Positions 46,323-56,294 are shown, counted from the stretch's first letter. The stretch is DNA of 64,000 nucleotides from Oligoflexales bacterium (GCA_041740975.1 JBGSKV010000083.1:87806-151805), one strand, 5' to 3'. Numbers and translations: made by a program. The notes: generated by a model not told the origin, from the sequence alone.

Positions 46323-48097
46323 TGAAAAAGTTTTTGCTTATTGCGGCCAGTGTAGTTGGGGTTGTTTTATTTTCTGTTTTTATCTTGTGGGCAATCTCCC
46401 CGTCATCGGCAACCATCATTGATAACTTTAAAGACGCTAAGGCTCAACAGCCTACCGTAATCTACGACAAGAATGGCACGCAGTTAGAAGTTTCCGGTGA
46501 AGGAAACTACCGATACATGCCTTTCGCGCGCATTCCACAGTATTTAAAAAATGCGTTTGTGAGTGCCCAAGACCCGAATTTTTTTGCCCACAATGGCTCC
46601 GATCTCATTGCTAGTATCCGTGCCCAACGCAAAAAAAGTAAGGGCGATGATCAGGGGCGATATGTGGGCTATACGCTGACGCAACGATTTGTCTCCTCAG
46701 TCCTTTATCAACAACCTCTCAATATATTTCAAAAGTCACAGGTTTATTTTGGCGCTAAGAAGTTGGAGAGCGCTCACTCTAAAGACGAAATTTTCGAATA
46801 TTTTTTGAATTCAGTGGAGTTCGGCGAAGGTGTGCGAGGAGTTGAGACTGCCTCTGTGTACTACTTCGGCAAATCCTGCACGGATATTAATGAAGCAGAG
46901 GCGGCGTTTTTAGCGGCTTTGTCTGTATTGCCGGGGGATGTGGATGTTCGGCGTAACTTTGCGTTGATCAAGTCTCGCCAGCTTTTGATTATTCAAGAAA
47001 TGGCGCAGAATAAATTCGTAAACTTTAAAGACATCAGTTTTTGGTACAAAAAAACAATTAAGCTTCAATCCGTTTTGGGCGCGACTGACGAAGGTAGCGG
47101 TTCTTCTGCGGTGAACCAGTTTATTTTTGCAAAACTCAAAGAACTGGGAATCGACCAACAAGGGATCGAAGTTCATACGACTCTCGACGCCAGCCGAATC
47201 AAAATGGCGAAGGCTTTAGAGAAGTCCGTTCGTGATCGCGGGATTGGTTTTAGTTCTCCGGTTACCATGCAACTTGAAATACTCGATACGGATCCATATA
47301 CAGGTGCAATTCGCGCCTTAGTCGTTTCTGGCGCTGAGTCGATGGGACAAACGTTTTCATTGGGCGATCAGATAAAAGATCCCGCCCTTCCTGCTGCCTT
47401 GGCCTCTGGCAATGATTTGCTTTCGAAAATTTCATGGGACAAGCCGAGTTACTACGACGCTTATTTTAGTTCTCCCATGGATTTGATTGCACCCCATCAA
47501 GAACAAATCATCGATTATTTGCAGTCCGTACGCATTCAGCAAGTAGCTGATGTGCCTCTAGCAGAACAAAAAATTTCGCTTACCGATCTTGCTCGGATTA
47601 GCTCGCCCTTCTTAAATGAAGGTCAATTTGTGGATCCGTATATTATTACCCGCGTCAAGAATGTCGCCGGCGACGTATTATACGAACGCGCACCGACGCA
47701 AGCGGAAGAGGTATTGAAGCCTCAGTATGCATTTCTTGTCAAGACCATGTGGAATCATTATTCACGTTACGTTCTAAAGGTTGGGACACCTTCGACTGTG
47801 ATGTCGGGCTACCTTAGCAACCAGAATCGCGAAGCTTGTTTTCAGGTCGCCGAAGGTGATACGGATCTTGTGTCTGTTTGGGCCGGTCAAAATGATGGCA
47901 GAGGCCGCTTCGTAAACAAAAGCAAAGGTGTCCTCGAAAGTATCGCTAGCCACTGGGCTTATAGTTATGATGCTTCGAAGAAAAATGAATCCCAGGAACC
48001 TCCGCCAACTGGCATTTCATTCAAAAAAGTTAGACAAGAAAACTGGGGGATCAGCGCCGCATCGCAGGTCCGTAATATTCCCTTCGTCAATCTATAG
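46322..48097 (+). CDS. class A penicillin-binding-protein homolog (GT51 + transpeptidase folds) with substituted catalytic motifs
   Basis: N-terminal TM. GT51 motifs are recognisable: AQDPNFFAHNG, GYTLTQR, AKKLE, KDEIFEYFLN, YYFGK, RRNFAL. TPase-fold blocks are also recognisable: LDTDPYTGAIRALVVSG and SGYLSNQNREACFQV...DLVSVWAGQND. Confidence 0.75.
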   Translation: MKKFLLIAASVVGVVLFSVFILWAISPSSATIIDNFKDAKAQQPTVIYDKNGTQLEVSGEGNYRYMPFARIPQYLKNAFVSAQDPNFFAHNGSDLIASIRAQRKKSKGDDQGRYVGYTLTQRFVSSVLYQQPLNIFQKSQVYFGAKKLESAHSKDEIFEYFLNSVEFGEGVRGVETASVYYFGKSCTDINEAEAAFLAALSVLPGDVDVRRNFALIKSRQLLIIQEMAQNKFVNFKDISFWYKKTIKLQSVLGATDEGSGSSAVNQFIFAKLKELGIDQQGIEVHTTLDASRIKMAKALEKSVRDRGIGFSSPVTMQLEILDTDPYTGAIRALVVSGAESMGQTFSLGDQIKDPALPAALASGNDLLSKISWDKPSYYDAYFSSPMDLIAPHQEQIIDYLQSVRIQQVADVPLAEQKISLTDLARISSPFLNEGQFVDPYIITRVKNVAGDVLYERAPTQAEEVLKPQYAFLVKTMWNHYSRYVLKVGTPSTVMSGYLSNQNREACFQVAEGDTDLVSVWAGQNDGRGRFVNKSKGVLESIASHWAYSYDASKKNESQEPPPTGISFKKVRQENWGISAASQVRNIPFVNL

Positions 48098-48102
48098 GTG
48101 AG

Positions 48103-49719
48103 GTGTCTTTGGCACTTGCTCGTTCCAGTGCGTACTTTGCAGTAGGTACGCTGATTAGTCGGGTAAGCGGTCTGGCACGCGACACAGTAGTGGTAGCATT
48201 CTTTGGTGCGTCAGCTGTGCATGATGCATTCCTGGTCGCGTTTCGCATACCCAATCTTTTTCGTGAAATGCTTGCCGAAGGTGCTCTCGCTAATGCCTTT
48301 ACCAAAGTTTACAGCGAACTTCGGGTTTCGGATGAAAAAGCGGCCGAAACTTTCTTCATCAAATCATTTCAATTTGTTTTTCTTATTGGGATTTTGATTT
48401 CTGCGATTGGTTTCGTGGGAGCGCCGCTTTTTGTCGATATGATGACGATGTTTGGTGATTCGTCAGAGGTTTTTCGTGACAACGCGATAGGCCTCACAAG
48501 AATTCTGTTTCCTTTTTTGCCAATCATGATGCTGGGAAGTTTGGTAACGGGTGCGCTTTACGAGCGGGGTCGATTTTTTCTGACCGCCGTCGCGCCGATT
48601 GGTTTCAATATTTTTTATATTGTCGGAGCAGCATGTTTTGGTCCGCTACTCGTTGCCTATGGACCGGCGTGGATCGAGACACTTTTCGCCGATAAGATGG
48701 CCGTAGGCTTAGCGCTAGGTGTCCTGATGGGTGGTTTAGCTCAGGTTTCTTTGAATGCCTATATTCTTTGGAAACCACTTATTTCGAAGACTTTTCATGT
48801 CGCTGATAAGCACCTTTGGACACCCGAAATCAAAAGAACTTTTTTGCTGATGGCGCCTGCGGCGATTGCTGCAAGTACCGGTCCCATCAACCAGCTGGTA
48901 AATACGAATTTTGCGACTAGTTTAGAAACAGGGACCGTGACTTGGCTGAATTATTCTTTTCGTCTTTTGCAACTTCCTATCGGCGTCTTTGCGGTAGCGA
49001 TCGGCGTAGCTATTCTTCCGACCCTAACCAAAGATATTGCACGGGCTAATAAGACGGTTGATCAACGGGCAAGCCAGACTCTTCAAAAAGGTTGTGAACT
49101 GATTTTGTGGGTGATTTTCCCATGCTGGATTTTTATTTTATTTAATTCGAAAGATATGATTGAACTCCTATTTGGTTACGGCAAATTTACTGAGCGTGAT
49201 GTCGCACAAACTGCTGAAGCTTTACATGCTTATAGTATGGGGCTTCTTGGATACGCTTTGATCAAGGTTTTTGTAAGTTTTTATTATGCGGTTGAGCGCA
49301 CGGGGTTTGCTTTGAAAATCGCTGCATTTTCGGTAGCAGTGAACTTTATTGGAAACTACCTCTTCGTGAAGACTTATGGACACGTAGGGTTGGCTATGAC
49401 GAGTTCGGTCACTCTGAGTTTTAATGCACTATGCTTGTTAATCGGGCTACGTAAATTCAATATCCTCTGGACAAGGGATCGACTAGTCGCTTGTATCCTG
49501 TTAGTGCTTCTGTCGAGTGGTATCGCCTTTGGCGGCCAGCATCTTATTTCACGATTTGCACTAAGAGAACACCTTGTCGACATGGATGGAAAGCTTCAGG
49601 CGCTAGCTATGCTAGTTGCGAATGGCACCTGGGTGGTGTTAGTATTTGCAGCGCTCGGATTTATATACTTTCGCAAGCTGAAGTTTGAATCTTCAGCTAC
49701 TCATCCAATGGGTGCATAA
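48103..49719 (+). CDS. murJ: lipid II flippase MurJ
   Basis: GTG start after AGGTGAGG. TLISRVSGLARDTVVVAFFGASAVHDAFLVAFRIPNLFREMLAEGALANAF is the canonical MurJ/MviN N-terminus. 14-TM-type length (538 aa). Confidence 0.92.
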   Translation: MSLALARSSAYFAVGTLISRVSGLARDTVVVAFFGASAVHDAFLVAFRIPNLFREMLAEGALANAFTKVYSELRVSDEKAAETFFIKSFQFVFLIGILISAIGFVGAPLFVDMMTMFGDSSEVFRDNAIGLTRILFPFLPIMMLGSLVTGALYERGRFFLTAVAPIGFNIFYIVGAACFGPLLVAYGPAWIETLFADKMAVGLALGVLMGGLAQVSLNAYILWKPLISKTFHVADKHLWTPEIKRTFLLMAPAAIAASTGPINQLVNTNFATSLETGTVTWLNYSFRLLQLPIGVFAVAIGVAILPTLTKDIARANKTVDQRASQTLQKGCELILWVIFPCWIFILFNSKDMIELLFGYGKFTERDVAQTAEALHAYSMGLLGYALIKVFVSFYYAVERTGFALKIAAFSVAVNFIGNYLFVKTYGHVGLAMTSSVTLSFNALCLLIGLRKFNILWTRDRLVACILLVLLSSGIAFGGQHLISRFALREHLVDMDGKLQALAMLVANGTWVVLVFAALGFIYFRKLKFESSATHPMGA

Positions 49720-49730
49720 AAATAGCTGAG

Positions 49731-49761
49731 CACTTTAGGCACCACTTTAGGCATTAGGCAC
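49731..49761 (+). promoter_or_regulatory. three direct TTAGGCA(C/T) repeats immediately upstream of icmF
   Basis: CACTTTAGGCA occurs at 49731-49741 and 49743-49753. TTAGGCAC/T occurs at 49735, 49747 and 49754. The RBS AAAAGGAAG and ATG 49775 follow. Confidence 0.3.
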
Positions 49762-49774
49762 TAAAAGGAAGACT

Positions 49775-52700
49775 ATGACACGCTGGACAAAGTCGGATGT
49801 AGAAACTCTGCCGACTTATACACCTAAGAATAAGATTCGCTTTATCACGTCTACGGCTTTGTTTGATGGGCATGATGCGAGTATCAATATTATGCGCCGT
49901 CTTTTGCAAGCTCGTGGCGCCGAGGTGATTCACCTGGGACATACTCGATCCGCAGGTGAAGTTGTCAGTGCGGCCTTGCAAGAAGATGTACAAGCGATTG
50001 CGATTTCTAGTTATCAGGGCGGTCACGTCGAGTTTTTCAAATATGTTCGCGAGCTCCTTGATGCCGAGGGTGGCCAAGATATCAAAATATTTGGCGGCGG
50101 CGGCGGCGTGATCGTTCCCAAAGAAATTGAAGACCTCGAGCGAAACGGCATCACGCGCATTTACAGTCCCGAAGACGGTCAGTTTGTAACTCTACCTGGC
50201 ATCATTGGCCATATGCTTCGCGAAAGTGATTATAGCATTGAAAAAATGGTCCCAGAGAGTTCCTCGCCTGCACGCAAATTAGCAAGGCGCTTAACACTTT
50301 TGGAAAATGGCAAATCGCTTGCCGACCTCGGATTTAAGCCGGCTAAAGAGGCCCGCATCGTACCCGTTCTTGGAATCACCGGAACCGGCGGCGCTGGTAA
50401 AAGTTCTTTGACGGATGAGCTCCTAAACCGATTTTTGTTCGATCATCCCGAATGCAAAATAGGTGTGCTTTGCATTGACCCATCCAAGAAGAAAACTGGA
50501 GGGGCACTCTTGGGCGACCGCATACGCATGAATTCCTTGGAAGACGGCCAGCGGGTGAGTCTTCGAAGCATGGCTACACGAGCGTCCGGCAAAGAAGTTG
50601 CCGGAAAAACCAAAGATGCGCTTCAGCTTATGCAGGCAGAAGATTTTGATTTTTTGGTTTGTGAAACCAGCGGCATCGGCCAAGGGGATGCGGCGATCCT
50701 CGAGCTGGCAGACATAACTTTATACGTGATGACCGCAGAGTTTGGTGCCTCGACTCAGCTCGAAAAAATTGAAATGTTGGATTACGCCGATTTTGTGGCC
50801 ATCAATAAATTTGAACGCCCACAAAGTCCAGACGCATTCCAGCAAGTTTGCACAGTTCTTCGACGTAGCCGATATCAAGGCAAACGCGAGGGTTTTGAGA
50901 CTTATCCGGTATTTGGCACGATTGCTAGTCGATACAATGATGACGGAGTCAATGGGCTCTACAAAATGCTCGCCGCAAAACTTAATGAAGTCAAAAAGGA
51001 ACAGATTTTTCAACCTGACCCTTTGCGCCCAAGTGCGCAACAATCTTCAAATCGCCAGTCGATGATCCCGGCGGCTCGCGCCAATTACCTTAGCCAGATT
51101 GCCACGGCGGTGGAGAGTTACCATAAATTTGTCGATGACCAGGTTGAGATTGTACGCCGCATGGAAGCCGCAGAGTTGATGGCCGCGCAAAGCGACATGC
51201 CCACCGCCGTAAAAACGGCGATGACGGACCTTCAGAAAAAGTCACAGGCGGATTTGGATGAAATTGCGCGCGAACATTTAGAAAAATGGCCAGAGCTTGC
51301 CAAAGCCTACCGGTCCAAAGAATTTACTTATAAAGTACGTGGCAAGGACGTCAAGGTTGAACCTTATTTTACGACACTGTCGCATTTGGAGCTCCCGCGC
51401 GTTGCAGTGCCAGACTTTACAAGCAAAGCGGAAACCCTGCGTTATTTATTAAAAGAAAATGTGCCGGGCGGCTTTCCCTTCACCGGTGGCGTTTTCCCCT
51501 TTCGGCGAGTGACGGAAGATCCCAAGCGGCAGTTTGCCGGAGAGGGTGGGCCGACGCGCACCAACACTCGGTTCCATTATCTGACGAAGAACGATATGGC
51601 GAAGCGCCTCAGCACGGCTTTCGATAGCGTCACGTTATATGGATCCGAGCCAGATAAGCGGCCCGATATCTACGGTAAAGTTGGCGAGTCAGGTGTATCT
51701 ATCGCAACGCTTGAAGATATGAAGGACTTGTATAAAGGCTTCGACTTATGCGATCCGTATACGAGTGTCAGCATGACCATCAACGGTCCAGCTCCCATGA
51801 TCCTCGCCATGTTCTTGAATGCGGCGATCGATCAGCAGCTAGACTTATTCGCTGAGAAAAACAAACGCCAACCCAACGAAAAAGAATCGGAAGAGATTCG
51901 CGCCAAGACTTTGCAGCAGGTGCGAGGCACTGTGCAGGCCGATATTCTTAAAGAAGATCAGGCGCAAAATACCTGTATTTTCTCAACAGAATTTGCCCTG
52001 AAGCTCATGTCCGATATGCAAGAGTACTTCATTCAGAAAAAGGTTCGCAACTACTATAGCGTTTCGATATCGGGCTATCACATTGCCGAAGCAGGGGCGA
52101 ACCCCATCACGCAACTTGCGTTCACTTTGGCTAACGGGTTTACTTATGTAGAATATTATTTGTCGCGTGGCATGAAGATTGATGACTTCAGTCCGAACCT
52201 TTCGTTTTTCTTCAGCAATGGCATTGACGCCGAGTATTCTGTTTTAGGACGAGTGGCTCGCCGGATTTGGGCGATTGCCATGCGTGATGTCTACGGCGCT
52301 AATCCACGCGCGCAGCAGCTCAAATATCACATTCAAACGTCCGGCCGTTCACTGCACGCGCAAGAAATTGACTTCAACGATATTCGCACAACGCTGCAAG
52401 CTCTCCTCGCTTTGTATGATAACTGCAACTCCCTCCATACAAACGCATATGACGAAGCTATAACGACGCCAACGGAAGAGAGTGTCCGTCGCGCTATGGC
52501 CATTCAACTCATCATTAACAAGGAGTTCGGTCCCAATAAATGCGAGAACATCAATCAAGGTTCGTACTTTTTAGATACTTTGACCGACGTTGTTGAAAAA
52601 GCTGTATGCGATGAGTTTGAGCGCATCTCGCAGCGCGGCGGTGTCCTAGGCTCCATGGAAACCCAGTATCAACGCACGAAGATCCAGGAAGAAAGCCTTT

Positions 52701-53032
52701 ACTACGAAAGTCTGAAAGACAGTGGTGAGCTGATTGTCGTCGGTGTCAACTCTTATCAGAATCCAAAAGTTCTGAGCGGCGAATACAAACGCCAAGATGT
52801 TGAAATGATTCGGGCCAGTTATGATGAAAAAGACGCCCAACTCGATCGACTGAATGCTTACAAGAAAACAAATCAGGCTCAGAAAAAAGACGCGTTGGAT
52901 CGTCTCCGCAAAGCTGTGGTTGGAAATGAAAACATTTTCGAAGAACTCATGCACTCGGTGCGAGTGTTGAGCTTGGGTGAGATCACAGAGGCACTCTTTC
53001 GGTTGGGCGGCAAGTATCGTCGTAACATGTAA
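49775..53032 (+). CDS. icmF: fused isobutyryl-CoA mutase (B12-binding domain + MeaB-like GTPase + mutase barrel)
   Basis: N-terminal B12 domain with the DGHD motif (ALFDGHDASINIM). Central P-loop GITGTGGAGKSSL with a MeaB-like G domain. C-terminal methylmalonyl/isobutyryl-CoA mutase substrate domain. 1085 aa. Confidence 0.9.
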   Translation: MTRWTKSDVETLPTYTPKNKIRFITSTALFDGHDASINIMRRLLQARGAEVIHLGHTRSAGEVVSAALQEDVQAIAISSYQGGHVEFFKYVRELLDAEGGQDIKIFGGGGGVIVPKEIEDLERNGITRIYSPEDGQFVTLPGIIGHMLRESDYSIEKMVPESSSPARKLARRLTLLENGKSLADLGFKPAKEARIVPVLGITGTGGAGKSSLTDELLNRFLFDHPECKIGVLCIDPSKKKTGGALLGDRIRMNSLEDGQRVSLRSMATRASGKEVAGKTKDALQLMQAEDFDFLVCETSGIGQGDAAILELADITLYVMTAEFGASTQLEKIEMLDYADFVAINKFERPQSPDAFQQVCTVLRRSRYQGKREGFETYPVFGTIASRYNDDGVNGLYKMLAAKLNEVKKEQIFQPDPLRPSAQQSSNRQSMIPAARANYLSQIATAVESYHKFVDDQVEIVRRMEAAELMAAQSDMPTAVKTAMTDLQKKSQADLDEIAREHLEKWPELAKAYRSKEFTYKVRGKDVKVEPYFTTLSHLELPRVAVPDFTSKAETLRYLLKENVPGGFPFTGGVFPFRRVTEDPKRQFAGEGGPTRTNTRFHYLTKNDMAKRLSTAFDSVTLYGSEPDKRPDIYGKVGESGVSIATLEDMKDLYKGFDLCDPYTSVSMTINGPAPMILAMFLNAAIDQQLDLFAEKNKRQPNEKESEEIRAKTLQQVRGTVQADILKEDQAQNTCIFSTEFALKLMSDMQEYFIQKKVRNYYSVSISGYHIAEAGANPITQLAFTLANGFTYVEYYLSRGMKIDDFSPNLSFFFSNGIDAEYSVLGRVARRIWAIAMRDVYGANPRAQQLKYHIQTSGRSLHAQEIDFNDIRTTLQALLALYDNCNSLHTNAYDEAITTPTEESVRRAMAIQLIINKEFGPNKCENINQGSYFLDTLTDVVEKAVCDEFERISQRGGVLGSMETQYQRTKIQEESLYYESLKDSGELIVVGVNSYQNPKVLSGEYKRQDVEMIRASYDEKDAQLDRLNAYKKTNQAQKKDALDRLRKAVVGNENIFEELMHSVRVLSLGEITEALFRLGGKYRRNM

Positions 53033-53074
53033 GTTGCGGAAAATTTAGTAAATTGAGCGAATCGACTGGGGTCT

Positions 53075-54352
53075 GTGGTGGGTGAGCGAAATCATAAAAG
53101 TTTCTTGCCCCAGACCATTAGGGGCTTGCCCGAAGCGGGAGTCGTACTATTTTTCCTTGTTTCCCTTTCCTTGTCGTCCATCATTCGTCAGCCCATTCGG
53201 GAAAACATATCTTGGATATGCATAGGCCTGCTATGTCTGCATATCATAAGTTTTCATATTTATAGAGCTAAGCATGTAAAAAACCAGCTGATAGGAAGTT
53301 CTTCTTTGTGGGTCGGTTTGGCTTTGTTTTCACTGGTTAGTATTTCGAGTTCCGTTTTTCAATCTAAAGCAGTTCATGAGACTCGTGGCTGGGCGATTTT
53401 TTTTGCGGCTTACACGTTATTTTTCTTTTTGTTCGTTTGCCCCCGGATACTTAGCTTGCGCGGTTTTGAAACCATCATGAGAATAATGACAGCTATCGTC
53501 TCATTCTTGTCATTCGTTTGTTTAATCATTTATGCAACGGAAGTGCAAAACCTAGGGTCTTTGAAGCTTGAGTTTATTGGCTACAGTGTTGATCAATTTT
53601 CGCGATTTTGTCTTTTTGTAAATCGCAACTATTCGGCGCAGTTTGTGATGTGGGTACCAGTGGCGTCCGCTTATTTTTTGATGAACGGCGCCACGACGAA
53701 ACAGAAGGTGTTTTATGGCTTATGCGCCTTGATAACGGCTACGCACGTTGTGATTTCCTTTTCCCGCGGCGCACAGTTGATGCTGTGTATTTCGGTGGTG
53801 CCATTGGCTTGGTGGATGGCTCAAAAACGCTTAAAGACATTTGTTTCGCTAGTTTGTTTGTTAGGTTTTTCTCTTTTGATTTTGATTCTTTGGCATCCTT
53901 TTGCTCAGGAGAAATATTTAACGGAGAAGATGTGGCAAGCTCACCGCTGGAAGTATTGGGTGGATGGCATTCAACACTTGACTGAGTCAAGGCAATGGTT
54001 TTTTGGGAGTGGACTCTTTGGCTACTGGCCGTTGGGAGACAATCCCCATGCTTCTTATTTATCAATCCTCCTATACTATGGCGTCCTCGGTTTGGGATCA
54101 TTCATGGGGATCATCGCAAGTTTTTATTTCATTTTACTTAGGGGCGCCAGGACGCTGAAACTTAATTTGCAATCACAATTTTGTGTGTCACTGGTGACCG
54201 CCGTGTTGCTGGGGGCATTTTTCGAAGACTACCTTTCTTATCCGATGCAGTTCACACAGCTTTACCTTTGGTTTTTTTGTGGCTTATTGCTGAAGCGATT
54301 AGGGACGCAAGGTCGAGCGGATGAGACAGTAAATAAGTCTATATCCGTTTAG
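53075..54352 (+). CDS. O-antigen ligase-like (Wzy_C family) polytopic membrane protein
   Basis: About 10-12 TM helices and a central SFSRGAQLML block as in the Wzy_C domain. GTG start. Confidence 0.55.
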   Translation: MVGERNHKSFLPQTIRGLPEAGVVLFFLVSLSLSSIIRQPIRENISWICIGLLCLHIISFHIYRAKHVKNQLIGSSSLWVGLALFSLVSISSSVFQSKAVHETRGWAIFFAAYTLFFFLFVCPRILSLRGFETIMRIMTAIVSFLSFVCLIIYATEVQNLGSLKLEFIGYSVDQFSRFCLFVNRNYSAQFVMWVPVASAYFLMNGATTKQKVFYGLCALITATHVVISFSRGAQLMLCISVVPLAWWMAQKRLKTFVSLVCLLGFSLLILILWHPFAQEKYLTEKMWQAHRWKYWVDGIQHLTESRQWFFGSGLFGYWPLGDNPHASYLSILLYYGVLGLGSFMGIIASFYFILLRGARTLKLNLQSQFCVSLVTAVLLGAFFEDYLSYPMQFTQLYLWFFCGLLLKRLGTQGRADETVNKSISV

Positions 54353-54463
54353 GTAGCCCCTGGCTTCAATGGCAAAGGTCGGTATTTGTCTGTAAGTCAT
54401 TGATATTAATATAATATATCGAATCGCAGTTTAGAGTTTTATCAGCCCGCCGATGCATCTTCT

Positions 54464-54976
54464 ATGAAAAGACGCACGCCTAATCCAACCATGGGACCGA
54501 AGATCAAGCAACAAATCGCCGATCTGAAGCGCCGTAATATTGCCTCTAAAAAAGTGGTGAGTCTTTCTGAATACCGTAGTCTCGAGCAAGAAAACAAAGA
54601 GCCACGCACCATCCTTCTCGTCGATGACGAAGAGATCATGCGTCATGCCTTGCAAAGAATTTTGCATGCGCAAGGGTATCGCGTTCTCCAAGCCAAAGAC
54701 GGTGTTGAGTTTTCACATATCCTCGATAACACGCGACTGGATTTGATTTTGTTAGACGTAAATTTGCCTGGTGTCGATGGCTTAGAAATCTGCCGGGTTA
54801 TCAAAGACAATCCTCTTCTCAATCATATTCCTGTCATTTTTGTTTCCGCCCGCGCCAGTGAAGAAGACATTGCCCGTGGCCATAGTGCCGGCGCCGACGA
54901 ATATGTCACCAAACCATTCGAAATTGATTTCATCATCAACGTCATTAGCCGTACACTTCAAAAAGTCGGAGCCTAA
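54464..54976 (+). CDS. single-domain response regulator (CheY-like receiver) with a basic N-terminal extension
   Basis: ILLVDDEE, phospho-acceptor context DLILLDVNLPGVDG, VIFVSA, and ADEYVTKPF (conserved Lys). No output domain. Confidence 0.88.
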   Translation: MKRRTPNPTMGPKIKQQIADLKRRNIASKKVVSLSEYRSLEQENKEPRTILLVDDEEIMRHALQRILHAQGYRVLQAKDGVEFSHILDNTRLDLILLDVNLPGVDGLEICRVIKDNPLLNHIPVIFVSARASEEDIARGHSAGADEYVTKPFEIDFIINVISRTLQKVGA

Positions 54977-54980
54977 GATC

Positions 54981-56294
54981 ATGCGTTGGGCCCTCGCCAC
55001 ACTGGTTTTCTTTGCGTTTAGCTGCCGCACGATAGACACCGCTAATATCGAAGCCACGTATTACGATCAAACACCCATTGGCGACGAAACCTACACTCGC
55101 GCTCGCCTGCGAGCACTCAATATCTATGCCCAAGATGTTCTTTCCGAGTTTCAAGTGGAACGTGATGCCAACGGTAAACTTCTTCAGGCTACGAAGAAAC
55201 TTGAACCCCTGCACGCTGAAGCCAAGAAGCAGTTTGAGCAGCGTGGCCTTGATCCCGCGCCATTACTCCCTCTCAACAAACCCGGCAACCCGCAACTTAA
55301 AATGCGCGGGCATTATAATTTTTTCTTAGCCGAAGATTCAGACTCGTGTTTTTGGGAAGGATCCCTGGATCGCGATATTTATTGGGGTGATCATGTTCGT
55401 CAACTTCGTGCGCAGGTTCTCGAAGTTGGCCGCTTTATAAAAGATTTTCACGTGGCCATTGATGGTGACGTTCTCCATGATTTCGTTTTCTTTGATGTAG
55501 AGCTTTGCTCCAAAAAAAGAACCGGCCGACTCATGTCTTGGCGGGGAAACGGCAAAATCGATGTCGGAATTCCTTACTGGACATGGTTCACAGGTGGCGA
55601 CTACGAACCCGTAACATCTCGTCAATTGATGGATATTTGGAATAGCGGTGGGATGTTTGATGCTAAAGTCCCTGACCAAGCAGCGGTACGCTTACTCTGG
55701 CCGATTCTTAATCCGGCCGGTGATTTCCATCGCATGCTTGTGGCGAAGCTAAAAACAATGCGCGATAAAGCTCTGCAGGCCATCGATAGTAAACTCAAAG
55801 TCAATGTCCAGTTGAGTGAAGACGCATTTTCTCAACTCCTTCGAACCCACATTGCCTTTGATCGTTTGGATTTTAAATTGAATGATGTACTCGCCAAAAC
55901 TAAAGACCCAGAAGTAAAACGTCAGCTTATGGAAGCGTGGCGAAAAGCCATAGCCGAACCGGATCGTTTGCGCGCGATCTCCAATGCGAGTATCCCGGCG
56001 GTGTCAGGCCATGTCCAAGTCAAGAATCACGCTAAGGGCTGGCTGGTTAGCGTTGCTAACTATCATCGAATCTCGGTACAGGTTTCTTCAAAAGTCGAAG
56101 ATCAGGGTAGCTTTTTGCGCGTCAATGACCCGCGTAACGTGAATCTCGACCAAGAATGCACGGGCGCCTTTGCGATATGTACAATCGATGACGTCAGTGT
56201 CATTGTCGACTTTGTTCGCAACAATGTTGGCTTCGAAATGAGTCTGGAAACGTCTGGATTTGCCGAAGCCGCGCGGACGATTCTGGGACTTTGA
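54981..56294 (+). CDS. hypothetical lipoprotein
   Basis: ATG 54981 is 4 nt after the regulator's stop. MRWALATLVFFAFSC is lipobox-like. The longer ORF from 54840 overlaps the regulator and is rejected. Confidence 0.55.
   Translation: MRWALATLVFFAFSCRTIDTANIEATYYDQTPIGDETYTRARLRALNIYAQDVLSEFQVERDANGKLLQATKKLEPLHAEAKKQFEQRGLDPAPLLPLNKPGNPQLKMRGHYNFFLAEDSDSCFWEGSLDRDIYWGDHVRQLRAQVLEVGRFIKDFHVAIDGDVLHDFVFFDVELCSKKRTGRLMSWRGNGKIDVGIPYWTWFTGGDYEPVTSRQLMDIWNSGGMFDAKVPDQAAVRLLWPILNPAGDFHRMLVAKLKTMRDKALQAIDSKLKVNVQLSEDAFSQLLRTHIAFDRLDFKLNDVLAKTKDPEVKRQLMEAWRKAIAEPDRLRAISNASIPAVSGHVQVKNHAKGWLVSVANYHRISVQVSSKVEDQGSFLRVNDPRNVNLDQECTGAFAICTIDDVSVIVDFVRNNVGFEMSLETSGFAEAARTILGL

Noticed and set aside
49720-49774. 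Cobalamin riboswitch upstream of the B12-dependent icmF.
   Set aside because: The spacer is only 55 nt and is filled by short direct repeats. There is no B12-box-like sequence.
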